DNA from: Pirellula sp.
Lineage (GTDB): Bacteria; Planctomycetota; Planctomycetia; Pirellulales; Pirellulaceae
NCBI GenBank assembly: GCA_044359895.1
Contig: JBIKLJ010000001.1
Location: 23,508 to 87,507 of the forward strand
Direction of reading: 5' to 3'
Length of the DNA: 64,000 nt
Both the position numbers and the translations under genes were made by a program. The stretch's first letter is position 1. Each line of letters starts with the position of its first letter. The notes beneath the pieces are model-generated. The model saw nothing but the letters and a program-made list of their open reading frames with translations, did not search any database and had not been told where the DNA came from. This document shows positions 38,401-46,972 of this stretch, in pieces.

Positions 38401-40071
38401 CGAGCCAAAAATCAGCCCCTCTTCGCTCAGGCCAAAGCCCCAAGTGTTGTTGTTGGTAGATCGCATGAATTCAAGCTTGTTGACACGAATAGAATGCTCA
38501 TCAAACTTGTTGGTGCGGCTGGTTTCCACTTTGCCATTCTTAATGGCAAACGTTGGAGCTGTTTCGTCGGAAGCACCTGGTGCTACGGCGAACCTCCAAA
38601 AACCCTGACGGAATTTTTGCTGCTTTTGACCGTTGATCACCGGCTCGGAATCGTTGTAGCCCTGCATGGCCCAAATCCAATTATCGAGTCCATATTGGAA
38701 GTTGCTGACACCACCGTGGGTGTCCCCCATGGCCCAACCCGTGATCAATTCTTGTCGCATGTCAGCGACGTCATCGCCCGTGGTGTCCTTCATATAGACA
38801 GTCTTTTGACCGTCCTGAACGATCACCCCGCCGCGGTAGCAAACCAAAGCTGTTGGGATGCTCAACTGAGTCGCAAAGACGGTAAACTTATCCGCGACGC
38901 CGTCATGATCCGTGTCTTCGCAAATGCGAATCCGGTCACGGCCCTTGCCAGGCGGTTGAAGTTCGTTTGGATAATCTATGGTTTCGCATAACCACAGTCG
39001 TCCGCGATGGTCCCAGTTCATGGACATTGGCTTGCCGGCCAAACCAGCTTGCTTGTTCGTAACGCCTGGGCTCTCTTGTTCCGATGCCCAAAGCCTTAAG
39101 TCAAACTGCTTGGGTGTAACAAAGTGTTTTGCGGATTCCTCAGGCGAGATGGGATCTTGCATGGTGGTAATCGGAGCGCCCATAGTCCCCCACTTTTGTC
39201 CGGGTGTATAGTTCGGGATCTTGGCACCGACCTCGGTGTAAGTGAACTTGTTCAGGCCGTCTTCGATCGTCGTCATTTCCGGAATAGGAAACCGATTGGG
39301 ATCGGAAAAAGGGGCTACATCTGATAGCGGTCGCTTGGCAGCCCATTTGATCCCACGTTCGAGCAGATTGTGAAAGCCATCTTGCTGCCAGGTATCCATG
39401 TTGTGTCCCCAGGCTGTGTAGAAGACGCGGCCTTCTCCTTGAGTGCGAATCCAAGTCCAAGGTTCCGCGTCCGTTCCTTCTGCCAGTTTTCCTTCTCGAC
39501 GTTCCTCCAGCACAGTTCGGTTGACTGGGTTGTGCTTGTGATGCACGTAGGTTTCGTCCCAGCTTTCAAAGCCGCCGAACCCCTTCATGATTTCGTGATC
39601 CGGCTGGGTGATCTTGGTTGCAAAGCGTTCTCCGCCGTGCGACAAGAACTGACCACCTACCAAGTTGATATATGCATCTGAATTCCTGAAGCAGTACGTG
39701 GCACAGTGGATTGGAACCAATCCTTTGCCTTTCTCCACAAATTCGATCAATGCCTTCTCTTGATCTTTGCTGATCTCATCGATGTTCGCATAGATCAGCA
39801 GCGCATCGATGGTTGCCAGTTTCTGTGAGTTCAGCGTCTCGTCAACACGATCGCTGTACACCAGATCGATTCCGGCTGCGGCCAGCGGTTCGCGAATCGC
39901 GCGGAAGAAATTGGCAGGTTGGTGATGGCCATTGTCGCCAAGAAGGATCGCCTTGACTCGCTCCTGAGCCCACGCAGGGAGGCTTATGGAAGTCAACGCG
40001 AACGCAAAAAGCATCAGCAACCGCACACGCTGTGGCAGGCTCTGACACATGAAACAAGATTCAGTACGCAT
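35485..40071 (-). CDS. PVC-type heme-binding CxxCH protein with ThuA-like, beta-propeller, HEAT and C-terminal sugar-binding-like domains
   Basis: GDNGHHQP..LLIYAN..PIHCA..YTAWGH (ThuA-like); WDHRGRLWLCETIDYPN and STNNNTWG (propeller); NGKAMYQKHCALCH..IGPNLTG (heme). Confidence 0.9.
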   Translation of the reverse strand: MRTESCFMCQSLPQRVRLLMLFAFALTSISLPAWAQERVKAILLGDNGHHQPANFFRAIREPLAAAGIDLVYSDRVDETLNSQKLATIDALLIYANIDEISKDQEKALIEFVEKGKGLVPIHCATYCFRNSDAYINLVGGQFLSHGGERFATKITQPDHEIMKGFGGFESWDETYVHHKHNPVNRTVLEERREGKLAEGTDAEPWTWIRTQGEGRVFYTAWGHNMDTWQQDGFHNLLERGIKWAAKRPLSDVAPFSDPNRFPIPEMTTIEDGLNKFTYTEVGAKIPNYTPGQKWGTMGAPITTMQDPISPEESAKHFVTPKQFDLRLWASEQESPGVTNKQAGLAGKPMSMNWDHRGRLWLCETIDYPNELQPPGKGRDRIRICEDTDHDGVADKFTVFATQLSIPTALVCYRGGVIVQDGQKTVYMKDTTGDDVADMRQELITGWAMGDTHGGVSNFQYGLDNWIWAMQGYNDSEPVINGQKQQKFRQGFWRFAVAPGASDETAPTFAIKNGKVETSRTNKFDEHSIRVNKLEFMRSTNNNTWGFGLSEEGLIFGSTANGNPSCFMPISNRYYEQVNGWSPEVLGPIADNHLFDAITPNVRQVDQHGGYTAGAGHALYTARRYPKSWWNRVAFVCEPTGHLVGTFILDRVGAGYKSASPFNLVASQDEWAAPTMAEVGPDGNVWVIDWYNFIVQHNPTPQGFTTGKGNAYESELRDKKYGRIYRVVYQGDEGLDAAALAKADQSVKNGLNPSDEKALVEALQHPTMLWRKTAQRLLIERLKLKQETLAALQALVNQGPSDSDKLCVGSMHALWVLDGVGALSETTTSKALKHASPGVRRNALQVAKNGPATLAAIVDNQLLMDTDLQVRLAALLKVADIPDYQDALGAVLSQPDRIASVARGAEVRNDKWLLDAWTTAASRHASKVLTSMMNQKDLKLSPASLDRVSIVSEHVARSKLGASDFEQLISTVKNGEIASRIVGGLVEGWPKTHSLKVSEKAKTALLQSWLNSDLPIETKSQVLQLASVVKIEGLEAGIASIQKELTLVFSDAAKDDNSRIAAAVQSVVLQPESTQIVEEILNQISTQSSTELATGILRSLEGSRVKGLADLVVDHVRMFTPAVQKVAIRLLLNRPQSTLELLDAIESGKLTLNDLQLDQKQALRDHPNAEVKKKALEVMKSAGGVPNSDRQKVVEAWMPITHETGSVSNGKAMYQKHCALCHVHGEIGVNIGPNLTGMAVHPKEELLMNILDPSRSVEGNFRTYSIRTTDGIVLTGMLASESKTSLELINSQGKREVVLREDIEELIASQKSLMPEGFEGQMTKTEMTDLLEFLTSKGKYVPLPINSVATSITTKGMFFDEKNTIERLVFPDWSPKMFKEVPFLLIDPQGDSQPNAIMLYGPQGNFAPKMPKQVEITCRASAVAIHILGGVGGWSFPASRAGSVSMIVRLHFADGTTEDHNLINGEHFADYIQRVDVPKSEFAFDLDGRQIRYLSVRPTSKESLSKIELIKGPDGSAPVVMAITIQTVE

Positions 40072-40184
40072 ACTCAAGTAGCTCCAATTCGATGGTTCCA
40101 ACCCGAAGGCTCGGGATAGAATCGGGGGGTGTGTTGTTGGAAGCTGACCCGTGTGGCCAGTCGTTTTGATGATGTCTTTACGAT

Positions 40185-41300
40185 TTACTTCAAGGTGAAT
40201 TCGGGTAGCTTCACAAGCTGTCCACCTTGTTTTGTGCTTTCGTGAGCACATAAGCCGACGCATGTCCAGTTCGCACTGGTCACAGCATTCGGCCAGGGAT
40301 CCCGGTCCTCGACCAAGGCAGAAAGAAACTCATGAACCAAATGAGGGTGTGAACCACCGTGACCACCACCCTGAATAAAGGACAAGTGGTCCGCATCTTG
40401 AATCGACTGGGTGAACATTCGAATCGGCTCCGGCAGCAAATGGGCATAGTCTGGAACTTGAACTTCGCTTGCGATTTCGTGCTCCGGTAGTTTCGCGGTA
40501 TGCAAGACGTGTGGCTTGCCTTCCACCAGCGACCATTCAAAACTCTTCTTGGTTCCGTAAACATCGAAACTCTCCCGGTATTGCCGAGCCGTATCGAACA
40601 GGAATCTCCAAATGTGGGCAGCAATATCGCTGTCCTTGATCTTGAGATGGCACGACTCAACCGCGTACTTGTTCCCGGATTTGAGAGCCAATTCTTCACT
40701 GATGGCACCCGACCCAAAGCACGATACGTATTCTGCTCGTCCATTCACCAAGCCCAGCACGGGGGACACCACGTGGGTGGCATAATGCATCGGAATCATC
40801 CGTTCCCAATACTCGGGCCAACCCTGCATGTCTTGCGGGTGCGAAGCGGCCATGTACTGGATCTTGCCCAGTTCACCCTTTTGGTACATTTCTTTGATAA
40901 ACAGAAACTCGCGGCTGTAAACGACAGTCTCGGCCATCATGTACTTTAGCTTCGTGTCCGCAACCAACTGGCAGATTTGGTCGCATTCCGCGATGGTGGT
41001 GGCCATCGGCACGGTGCACATCACATGCTTGCCCGCCTTCAGAGCTTGCATGCTCATCCAAGCATGATCGGGGATCGGCGAATTGATATGGACGAAATCC
41101 ACTTCCGGATCCTCGAGGACCTTGTCGAATTCTCGATACCTTTTCGCAATGCCGAACCGGTCACCCACTTGGTTCAGATCTTGTTCGTTCCGACGGCAGA
41201 TGGCGATCACATTGGCGTTGGGATGCCTCTGGTAAATTGGGATGAATTCGGCGCCGAAACCGAGACCAACCATAGCGACATTGAACTTCTTTTGCGTCAT
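40185..41300 (-). CDS. Gfo/Idh/MocA family oxidoreductase
   Basis: VAMVGLGFG, VHINSPIPDH, GKHVMCTVP and GGGHGGSHPHL motifs. Confidence 0.93.
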   Translation of the reverse strand: MTQKKFNVAMVGLGFGAEFIPIYQRHPNANVIAICRRNEQDLNQVGDRFGIAKRYREFDKVLEDPEVDFVHINSPIPDHAWMSMQALKAGKHVMCTVPMATTIAECDQICQLVADTKLKYMMAETVVYSREFLFIKEMYQKGELGKIQYMAASHPQDMQGWPEYWERMIPMHYATHVVSPVLGLVNGRAEYVSCFGSGAISEELALKSGNKYAVESCHLKIKDSDIAAHIWRFLFDTARQYRESFDVYGTKKSFEWSLVEGKPHVLHTAKLPEHEIASEVQVPDYAHLLPEPIRMFTQSIQDADHLSFIQGGGHGGSHPHLVHEFLSALVEDRDPWPNAVTSANWTCVGLCAHESTKQGGQLVKLPEFTLK

Positions 41301-41334
41301 TTTTAGGAGAGGTTAGGAGGGAAGGGATATTTTT

Positions 41335-41346
41335 TGACAATTGTCA
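41335..41346. promoter_or_regulatory. Perfect 12-bp palindrome TGACAATTGTCA in a divergent promoter region
   Basis: Lies between the oxidoreductase operon and the XylR-like regulator, and includes a TTGACA hexamer. Confidence 0.5.
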
Positions 41347-41434
41347 GGTTGATAGTGTTGTCGAATGGCCCATAATGAGCCATGATAAATTGCGCAAAAA
41401 AAATGAGATTTTTCACCTGCGTGAGACTCCATGC

Positions 41435-42607
41435 ATGCGATCGAAAGCCAGAAAAGCGGTTGCCCTCCTGATTGAGACCTCCAATGCCTACGCTCGTGGA
41501 TTGCTGGAGGGGATTGTCGAGTATCAGCGGGAACGAGACAGTTGGTCGATCTTCTTACCTGAACAAGAGCGTGGTGCAGCTCCGCCCAGTTGGTTGAAAA
41601 CCTGGGTGGGGGATGGAATCTTGGCTCGAATCGAAACAGCTGCGATTGCACGATCGGTATCGCGATTGAGGTTGCCGGTAGTGGATCTTAGTTCATCGCG
41701 GGTTGTGCCGGACATACCATGGGTTGAAACCGACGATCTTGCGATTGCTACTTTGGCATTTCAGCATCTTTATGAAAAAGGGTTTCGCAATTTTGCTTTT
41801 TGCGGACCGCGAGGCTTCAATTGGGCAAGGTGGCGTCGAGATCATTTTGTGGCACTTTGTGAGCGTGCGAAGGTGGACATTCAAGTGTTGGAAACGGGGT
41901 CCCCTTATCGTAAAACCAACCTTCGATCGAAAGATGACGATGCAATTTCCAAGTGGCTTTCGAAACTGAATAAACCGGTTGGGATTCTGTGCGCTTATGA
42001 CATTCAAGCGCAAGTGATCTTAGATACTTGTCGCAATCTACAGATCTCTGTACCTGAAGAGGTTTCCGTCGTAGGTGTGGATAACGATACGATCCTTTGC
42101 GAATTGTGTCATCCGTCTTTGACCAGTGTCGTACCAGACGCACGAGGTGCCGGCTATCAAGCGGCGAAACTTTTAGATGACTTGATGTCCAAGCGTGCGA
42201 GAACCGCAAATCCAACTCCGCGGCCGGCCAAGTCTATCCTGCTCAAGCCGCTTGGGATGGTACAAAGGCAGTCATCCGATATCACTTCGGTTTCGGATCC
42301 AAACGTTTCAGCGGCGATCCGTTTCATTCGTGACCATGCTTGCGATGGAATTAATGTGATTGATGTGCTGTCGCATGTCCCTCTTTCGCGGCGGGCGTTA
42401 GAGGCTCAGTTCTTCAAAGCAACCGGGAAGACTCCGCATGACATGATCCTTTCGGTTCGATTGGCTCGCGTTCATCAGTTGCTCAAAGAAAGCGATCTCT
42501 CGTTGGACGAGATTGCGAAGCATTCAGGCTTTGAGCATACGGAATACATGAGCGTCGTTTTCAAAAAACATTATGGTCTTCCGCCCGGCCGCTACCGCCG
42601 AAGCTAA
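41435..42607 (+). CDS. XylR-type regulator (periplasmic-binding-protein-like domain plus AraC HTH)
   Basis: VALLIETSNAYARGLLEGI, GDGILARI, VVGVDND, and the C-terminal LSRRALE..F..IAKHSGF..EYMS.VFKK..G..PGRYR. Confidence 0.92.
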   Translation: MRSKARKAVALLIETSNAYARGLLEGIVEYQRERDSWSIFLPEQERGAAPPSWLKTWVGDGILARIETAAIARSVSRLRLPVVDLSSSRVVPDIPWVETDDLAIATLAFQHLYEKGFRNFAFCGPRGFNWARWRRDHFVALCERAKVDIQVLETGSPYRKTNLRSKDDDAISKWLSKLNKPVGILCAYDIQAQVILDTCRNLQISVPEEVSVVGVDNDTILCELCHPSLTSVVPDARGAGYQAAKLLDDLMSKRARTANPTPRPAKSILLKPLGMVQRQSSDITSVSDPNVSAAIRFIRDHACDGINVIDVLSHVPLSRRALEAQFFKATGKTPHDMILSVRLARVHQLLKESDLSLDEIAKHSGFEHTEYMSVVFKKHYGLPPGRYRRS

Positions 42608-42717
42608 ATCGCCTTCAATAGCTGAATGGAGCAAGCGTACAATGAGCGGCTTGCATGAAGGGTATTTCGCGACCGAACCGGCTTCGCCTTAGCCGTTCAC
42701 TTGTCGTTTTCGCTTGC

Positions 42718-43593
42718 TCAAAATGTTGAGCCCGAGATGCGTTCGTAGGCTTCAATATACCGCTGCCGCGTTTTTGAAACGATCTCTTCGGGAAGAATGG
42801 GCGGAGGACTGTTTTTGTCCCAAGAAGTTGTCGAGAGATATTCACGAACAAATTGTTTGTCATAAGACGCTTGAGCACGGCCTGGTTGCCAATCGTCGGC
42901 TGGCCAGAATCGTGAGCTATCCGGCGTCAAGACTTCGTCAATCAAGATGACTTTGTCTTCCCACATGCCCCATTCCAATTTCGTGTCGGCGATGATCACG
43001 CCGCGTTTGGCTGCAAGTTCGACGCCGCGGTTGTAAACAGAGAGTGTCTTTTGCATCAGTTCGTTGGCGAGCGATGCGCCAATCGCTTGGCTCATGATTT
43101 CAAACGAGACGTTCTCGTCGTGTCCCGATTCAGCTTTTGTCGCAGGGGTGAAGATAGGTTCCGGCAAGCGATCGCATTGGGACAAGCCCTTTGGAAGCTC
43201 GATCCCGCAAACTCGGCCTGTGGCTTGGTAATCTTTCCAGCCGCTGCCTTCCAAGTAACCGCGTACCACACATTCGAAGGGAATCACCTGCGCTTTGCGA
43301 ACCACCATGCTTCGCCCTACCAGATCCCCTTCGGGGTCATGCGATCGGACAGCGTCAGGCACTTCGGTGCTGATGAGATGGTTTTCGATTCCAAGTGCCT
43401 GAAACCAGAATAAGCTCAATTGCGTAAGCACTCGGCCTTTGTCCGGGATTCCGTTAGGCATGACCCAATCAAACGCGCTAATGCGATCGGTGCTTACGAT
43501 GAACAGAGTATCCCCAAGGTCATACACATCGCGGACTTTGCCTTGCCGGCGCGGGAACGGGAGATTGGTTTCTAGCAGAGGCCGGCTTGTCAT
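42718..43593 (-). CDS. purC: SAICAR synthetase
   Basis: QGKVRDVYD, TDRISAFD, ECVVRGYL.GSGW, IADTKLEWG and DEVLTPDSSRFW motifs. Confidence 0.98.
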   Translation of the reverse strand: MTSRPLLETNLPFPRRQGKVRDVYDLGDTLFIVSTDRISAFDWVMPNGIPDKGRVLTQLSLFWFQALGIENHLISTEVPDAVRSHDPEGDLVGRSMVVRKAQVIPFECVVRGYLEGSGWKDYQATGRVCGIELPKGLSQCDRLPEPIFTPATKAESGHDENVSFEIMSQAIGASLANELMQKTLSVYNRGVELAAKRGVIIADTKLEWGMWEDKVILIDEVLTPDSSRFWPADDWQPGRAQASYDKQFVREYLSTTSWDKNSPPPILPEEIVSKTRQRYIEAYERISGSTF

Positions 43594-44243
43594 TTCACTT
43601 CTTCGGCAGTCATTTTAAAAACAGCAAAGTGGCCGCCATCGGGATATTGAAACGAATCAGGATCGATTTCAAACTTGCCCTTCACGGTCACCACGCGCGT
43701 TGCAAAGGTAGCGGTTTTGCCGGGTGCCATCTCCACGATCACGCAGTCGTACAAAGCGGCTCCAGGGCCAAAGCAGCATTCTTGGTTGTCGCGAACTAGC
43801 ACAAATTGCTTGATGCCCGTTTGCTGAAAAACCGATGTTGGGAGAATGAAACCTCGAAGCTTCAGAGTTCGTTTGGAGAGCTCTTTGATATCGGGGGTGA
43901 TCATTTCGGGAAGAAAGGCACCATCCTTTTCGATGTCAAACTTCAGGTCATCAAAGGTGATGTCCCCTTGCTTCCGTGCCGCTTCGCGCTTCTTGCGTTC
44001 TTCCGCAAGCTGCCGCTCGGTCTTGGGTGGCGTCGACGGATCGGTGGGAGGCGTACGATCCATGCGTGATTGAGGAGCCGATTTGCTCTTGGCCGCAGGT
44101 TCGGTTGCAGCAGGTTCGGCTGCCGCAGGTTCGGTGGCTGGGTCGGGAGGCGTATCGAACTTGGCAAGGACCCAAGCATTGGGCGCGGGAACGCTTACAA
44201 GCGAAAAGACGCAGAAAAGTGCATACCGGAAAATTCGTTGCAT
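43590..44243 (-). CDS. DUF3299-like exported protein
   Basis: ITFDDLKF, LKLRGFILP and FVLVRDNQECCFG motifs. It has a signal-like N-terminus and an EPAA linker. Its stop overlaps the purC start. Confidence 0.75.
   Translation of the reverse strand: MQRIFRYALFCVFSLVSVPAPNAWVLAKFDTPPDPATEPAAAEPAATEPAAKSKSAPQSRMDRTPPTDPSTPPKTERQLAEERKKREAARKQGDITFDDLKFDIEKDGAFLPEMITPDIKELSKRTLKLRGFILPTSVFQQTGIKQFVLVRDNQECCFGPGAALYDCVIVEMAPGKTATFATRVVTVKGKFEIDPDSFQYPDGGHFAVFKMTAEEVK
44095..44139. repeat. Intragenic 15-bp tandem repeat x3 (EPAAx linker)
   Basis: GCAGGTTCGG recurs every 15 nt. Confidence 0.8.
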
Positions 44244-44371
44244 GACTTTGGCCTTGGGTGTTCTAGAGAACCATGACTGCGAAACGCGTAACTCCATCCT
44301 ACCTGTTTCCCGCTTCCTATTCTAGAGAGAACCGAATTCGATAGGGAATCGCAGCGAAATGAGCTTTGGAA

Positions 44372-46156
44372 TCAAGGCTGTTTTGGGCCGTCGTTCACCA
44401 GTTTGATGCCAAGTTCTTTCAGCTGACGCGGGGAGACTTCGGAGGGCGCCCCCATCATCAGGTCTTCGGCCTTTTGGTTCATCGGGAACAAAATGACTTC
44501 CCGGATATTAGGTTCGTCTGCAAGCAGCATCACAATGCGGTCGACCCCGGGTGCAGATCCTCCGTGCGGTGGAGCTCCGAACTTGAATGCATTGATCATG
44601 CCACTAAACTGCTCGTCCACCACGCTTCGATCGTAGCCGGCCAATTCGAAGGCCTTGTACATGATCTCGGGTTTGTGATTTCGGATAGCTCCGGACGAAA
44701 GCTCGATCCCATTGCAGACGATATCATACTGGTAAGCCAAGATATCCAGCGGATTCATGGTGACCAGAGCCTCCATTTCACCTTGCGGCATGGAGAATGG
44801 ATTGTGGCTGAAGATAACTTTCTTCTCCACTTCGTCGTATTCATACATGGGGAAGTCGACGATCCAGCAGAACTTGAAGATGTCCTTTTCGATCAAATCC
44901 AGTTCTTGACCGACACGTGTTCGGGCGAGGCCGGCCAGTTTCGCAACGGTGTTGGCTGGCCCGCAGGCAAAGAAGACACCGTCATCGGGGCCTAGTTTCA
45001 TTTGCTGAACCAATAGGGCTACGCGTTCGGGTCCTAAGTTCTTAGCGACGCCGCCGCCCCCTTCGCCACCTTTGAAATTGATATACCCTAGGCCAGCATA
45101 GCCTTCGTCTTTGGCCCATTGGTTGGTCCCGTCGAAGAAACTTCGGGCACGAGTGCCAGCACCCGGGGCTGGAATCGCCCGCACGACGGCACCCTCTTCA
45201 ATGGCTTTCGCGAAGACGCCGAACCCGCCACCCCGGAAGACTTCGGTGACATCTGCAATCTCAAGTGGGTTTCGCAAGTCGGGCTTGTCGCTGCCGTACT
45301 TCAGCATGGATTCCTTGTAAGCGATACGGGGGAACGGTGGTGGCGTGACCGCTCTCTTGCCGGAAAATTCTTCGAAAACACCGTGCAGAACGGGCTCAAT
45401 GGCAGCAAAGACATCCTCTTGCGTCACAAAGCTCATTTCAAAATCCAGCTGATAGAATTCGCCTGGAGACCGATCGGCTCGAGCATCTTCGTCCCGAAAA
45501 CACGGAGCGATTTGGAAGTAGCGATCAAAGCCCGCCACCATCAGCAATTGCTTGAACATTTGCGGCGCTTGAGGCAGCGCGTAAAACTTGCCGTGGTGAA
45601 TTCGGGACGGAACCAGAAAGTCGCGGGCACCTTCGGGGCTCGAAGCAGTCAAAATCGGGGTTTGAAATTCCGTAAAGCCTTGGTCGATCATGCGTCGGCG
45701 GAGGCTGGCAATGACTTTGCTTCGCAGAACAATGTTCGCGTGAAGCTTTTCGCGTCGCAGATCCAGAAAGCGGTTGCGAAGACGGATTTCTTCAGGATAT
45801 TCCGCGTTTCCGAATACCGGCAACGGCAAGTCCGCGGCCTCGGAAAGCAATTCGATCGAGGTGGCACGCACTTCGATTTCGCCGGTTGGCAGGTTTTCGT
45901 TGAACGCCTCGGCACCGCGCGAGGTGACTCGGCCGTCCACCATGATAACAGATTCGCTCCGTACGCTTTCCGCTAAAGCAAAAGCGGGGCTGTCGCGTTC
46001 GACCACAATTTGGGAAATGCCGTAGTGATCTCGCAAATCGATGAACAGCAAGTTCCCGAAGTCACGTTTGCGATAAACCCAGCCAGATAGCCGTACGGTT
46101 TGGCCAACATTCTCTTTACGAAGCTGCGAGCAATGGTGAGAGCGATATGCGTGCAT
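44372..46156 (-). CDS. aspS: Aspartyl-tRNA synthetase
   Basis: [46 protein letters not shown] and PPHGG.APG.DR motifs. Confidence 0.98.
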   Translation of the reverse strand: MHAYRSHHCSQLRKENVGQTVRLSGWVYRKRDFGNLLFIDLRDHYGISQIVVERDSPAFALAESVRSESVIMVDGRVTSRGAEAFNENLPTGEIEVRATSIELLSEAADLPLPVFGNAEYPEEIRLRNRFLDLRREKLHANIVLRSKVIASLRRRMIDQGFTEFQTPILTASSPEGARDFLVPSRIHHGKFYALPQAPQMFKQLLMVAGFDRYFQIAPCFRDEDARADRSPGEFYQLDFEMSFVTQEDVFAAIEPVLHGVFEEFSGKRAVTPPPFPRIAYKESMLKYGSDKPDLRNPLEIADVTEVFRGGGFGVFAKAIEEGAVVRAIPAPGAGTRARSFFDGTNQWAKDEGYAGLGYINFKGGEGGGGVAKNLGPERVALLVQQMKLGPDDGVFFACGPANTVAKLAGLARTRVGQELDLIEKDIFKFCWIVDFPMYEYDEVEKKVIFSHNPFSMPQGEMEALVTMNPLDILAYQYDIVCNGIELSSGAIRNHKPEIMYKAFELAGYDRSVVDEQFSGMINAFKFGAPPHGGSAPGVDRIVMLLADEPNIREVILFPMNQKAEDLMMGAPSEVSPRQLKELGIKLVNDGPKQP

Positions 46157-46355
46157 TAATTTATCGAATAAAAAGAGCGATTGGGATCGATGTCAACGTT
46201 TTCTTAGCTCAGCAACTTATCGACAAGGCTGTTGTTTCTCAACCCCAACGTGTGGAGAAGACAGCCTTATGGCAGTCACAGAGTTGGACAGGTTAGGGCT
46301 TGTACCCTATGATTCGACCCGATTCCATCCATGCCAACCCGATGATCTTGTCGCC

Positions 46356-46949
46356 ATGATCCTTCTCATTGATAACTACGATTCTTTTACGTACAACCTC
46401 GTTCAGCGGCTTGGCGAGATCGACGGTACTTTGGATGTGAAGACGGTTCGAAACGACGAATTGACGATCCAACAGATCCGGGACATGAGGCCCAATCGGA
46501 TTTTGCTATCTCCAGGCCCATGCACTCCCAATGAGGCTGGAATTTGTGTTCCGGTGATTGAGCAGCTGCACAAGGAGATTCCGATTTTGGGTGTATGTCT
46601 TGGTCACCAATCGATTGGGCAGGCCTTTGGAGGCAAGATTGTCCGGGCGCCTGAATTGATGCATGGAAAGACCGACCGAATTTCGCATGACAATCGGGGG
46701 ATGTTTGCTGGGCTTGCGAATCCTTTTGTGGCAACCCGTTATCATTCTCTGGTGATTTTGCCAGAAAGCCTACCCAAGTGCTTGGAGGTCTCGGCCTGGG
46801 TTCACGATTCGAACGGAAATCGGATTATCATGGGGGTTCGCCATCGTGAGTACGCGGTGGAAGGTTGGCAGTTCCACCCCGAGAGTTTCTTGACCGAGCC
46901 AGGCCCTGAATTGCTCCGCCGATTCTTGTCCTGGTCCCATTCCTCTTAA
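46356..46949 (+). CDS. Glutamine amidotransferase (anthranilate/aminodeoxychorismate synthase component II, TrpG/PabA)
   Basis: IDNYDSFTYNL, LSPGPCTP, GVCLGHQ, TRYHSL and QFHPES motifs. Confidence 0.95.
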   Translation: MILLIDNYDSFTYNLVQRLGEIDGTLDVKTVRNDELTIQQIRDMRPNRILLSPGPCTPNEAGICVPVIEQLHKEIPILGVCLGHQSIGQAFGGKIVRAPELMHGKTDRISHDNRGMFAGLANPFVATRYHSLVILPESLPKCLEVSAWVHDSNGNRIIMGVRHREYAVEGWQFHPESFLTEPGPELLRRFLSWSHSS

Positions 46950-46972
46950 TACGTTTTAGTACGTTCTTCAGC

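Noticed and set aside
40072-40263. N-terminal extension of the 1592 aa ORF, and similar extensions at 30620-30898 and 20368-20574
   Set aside because: The extensions overlap neighbouring genes or precede clear signal peptides, so downstream starts were chosen.
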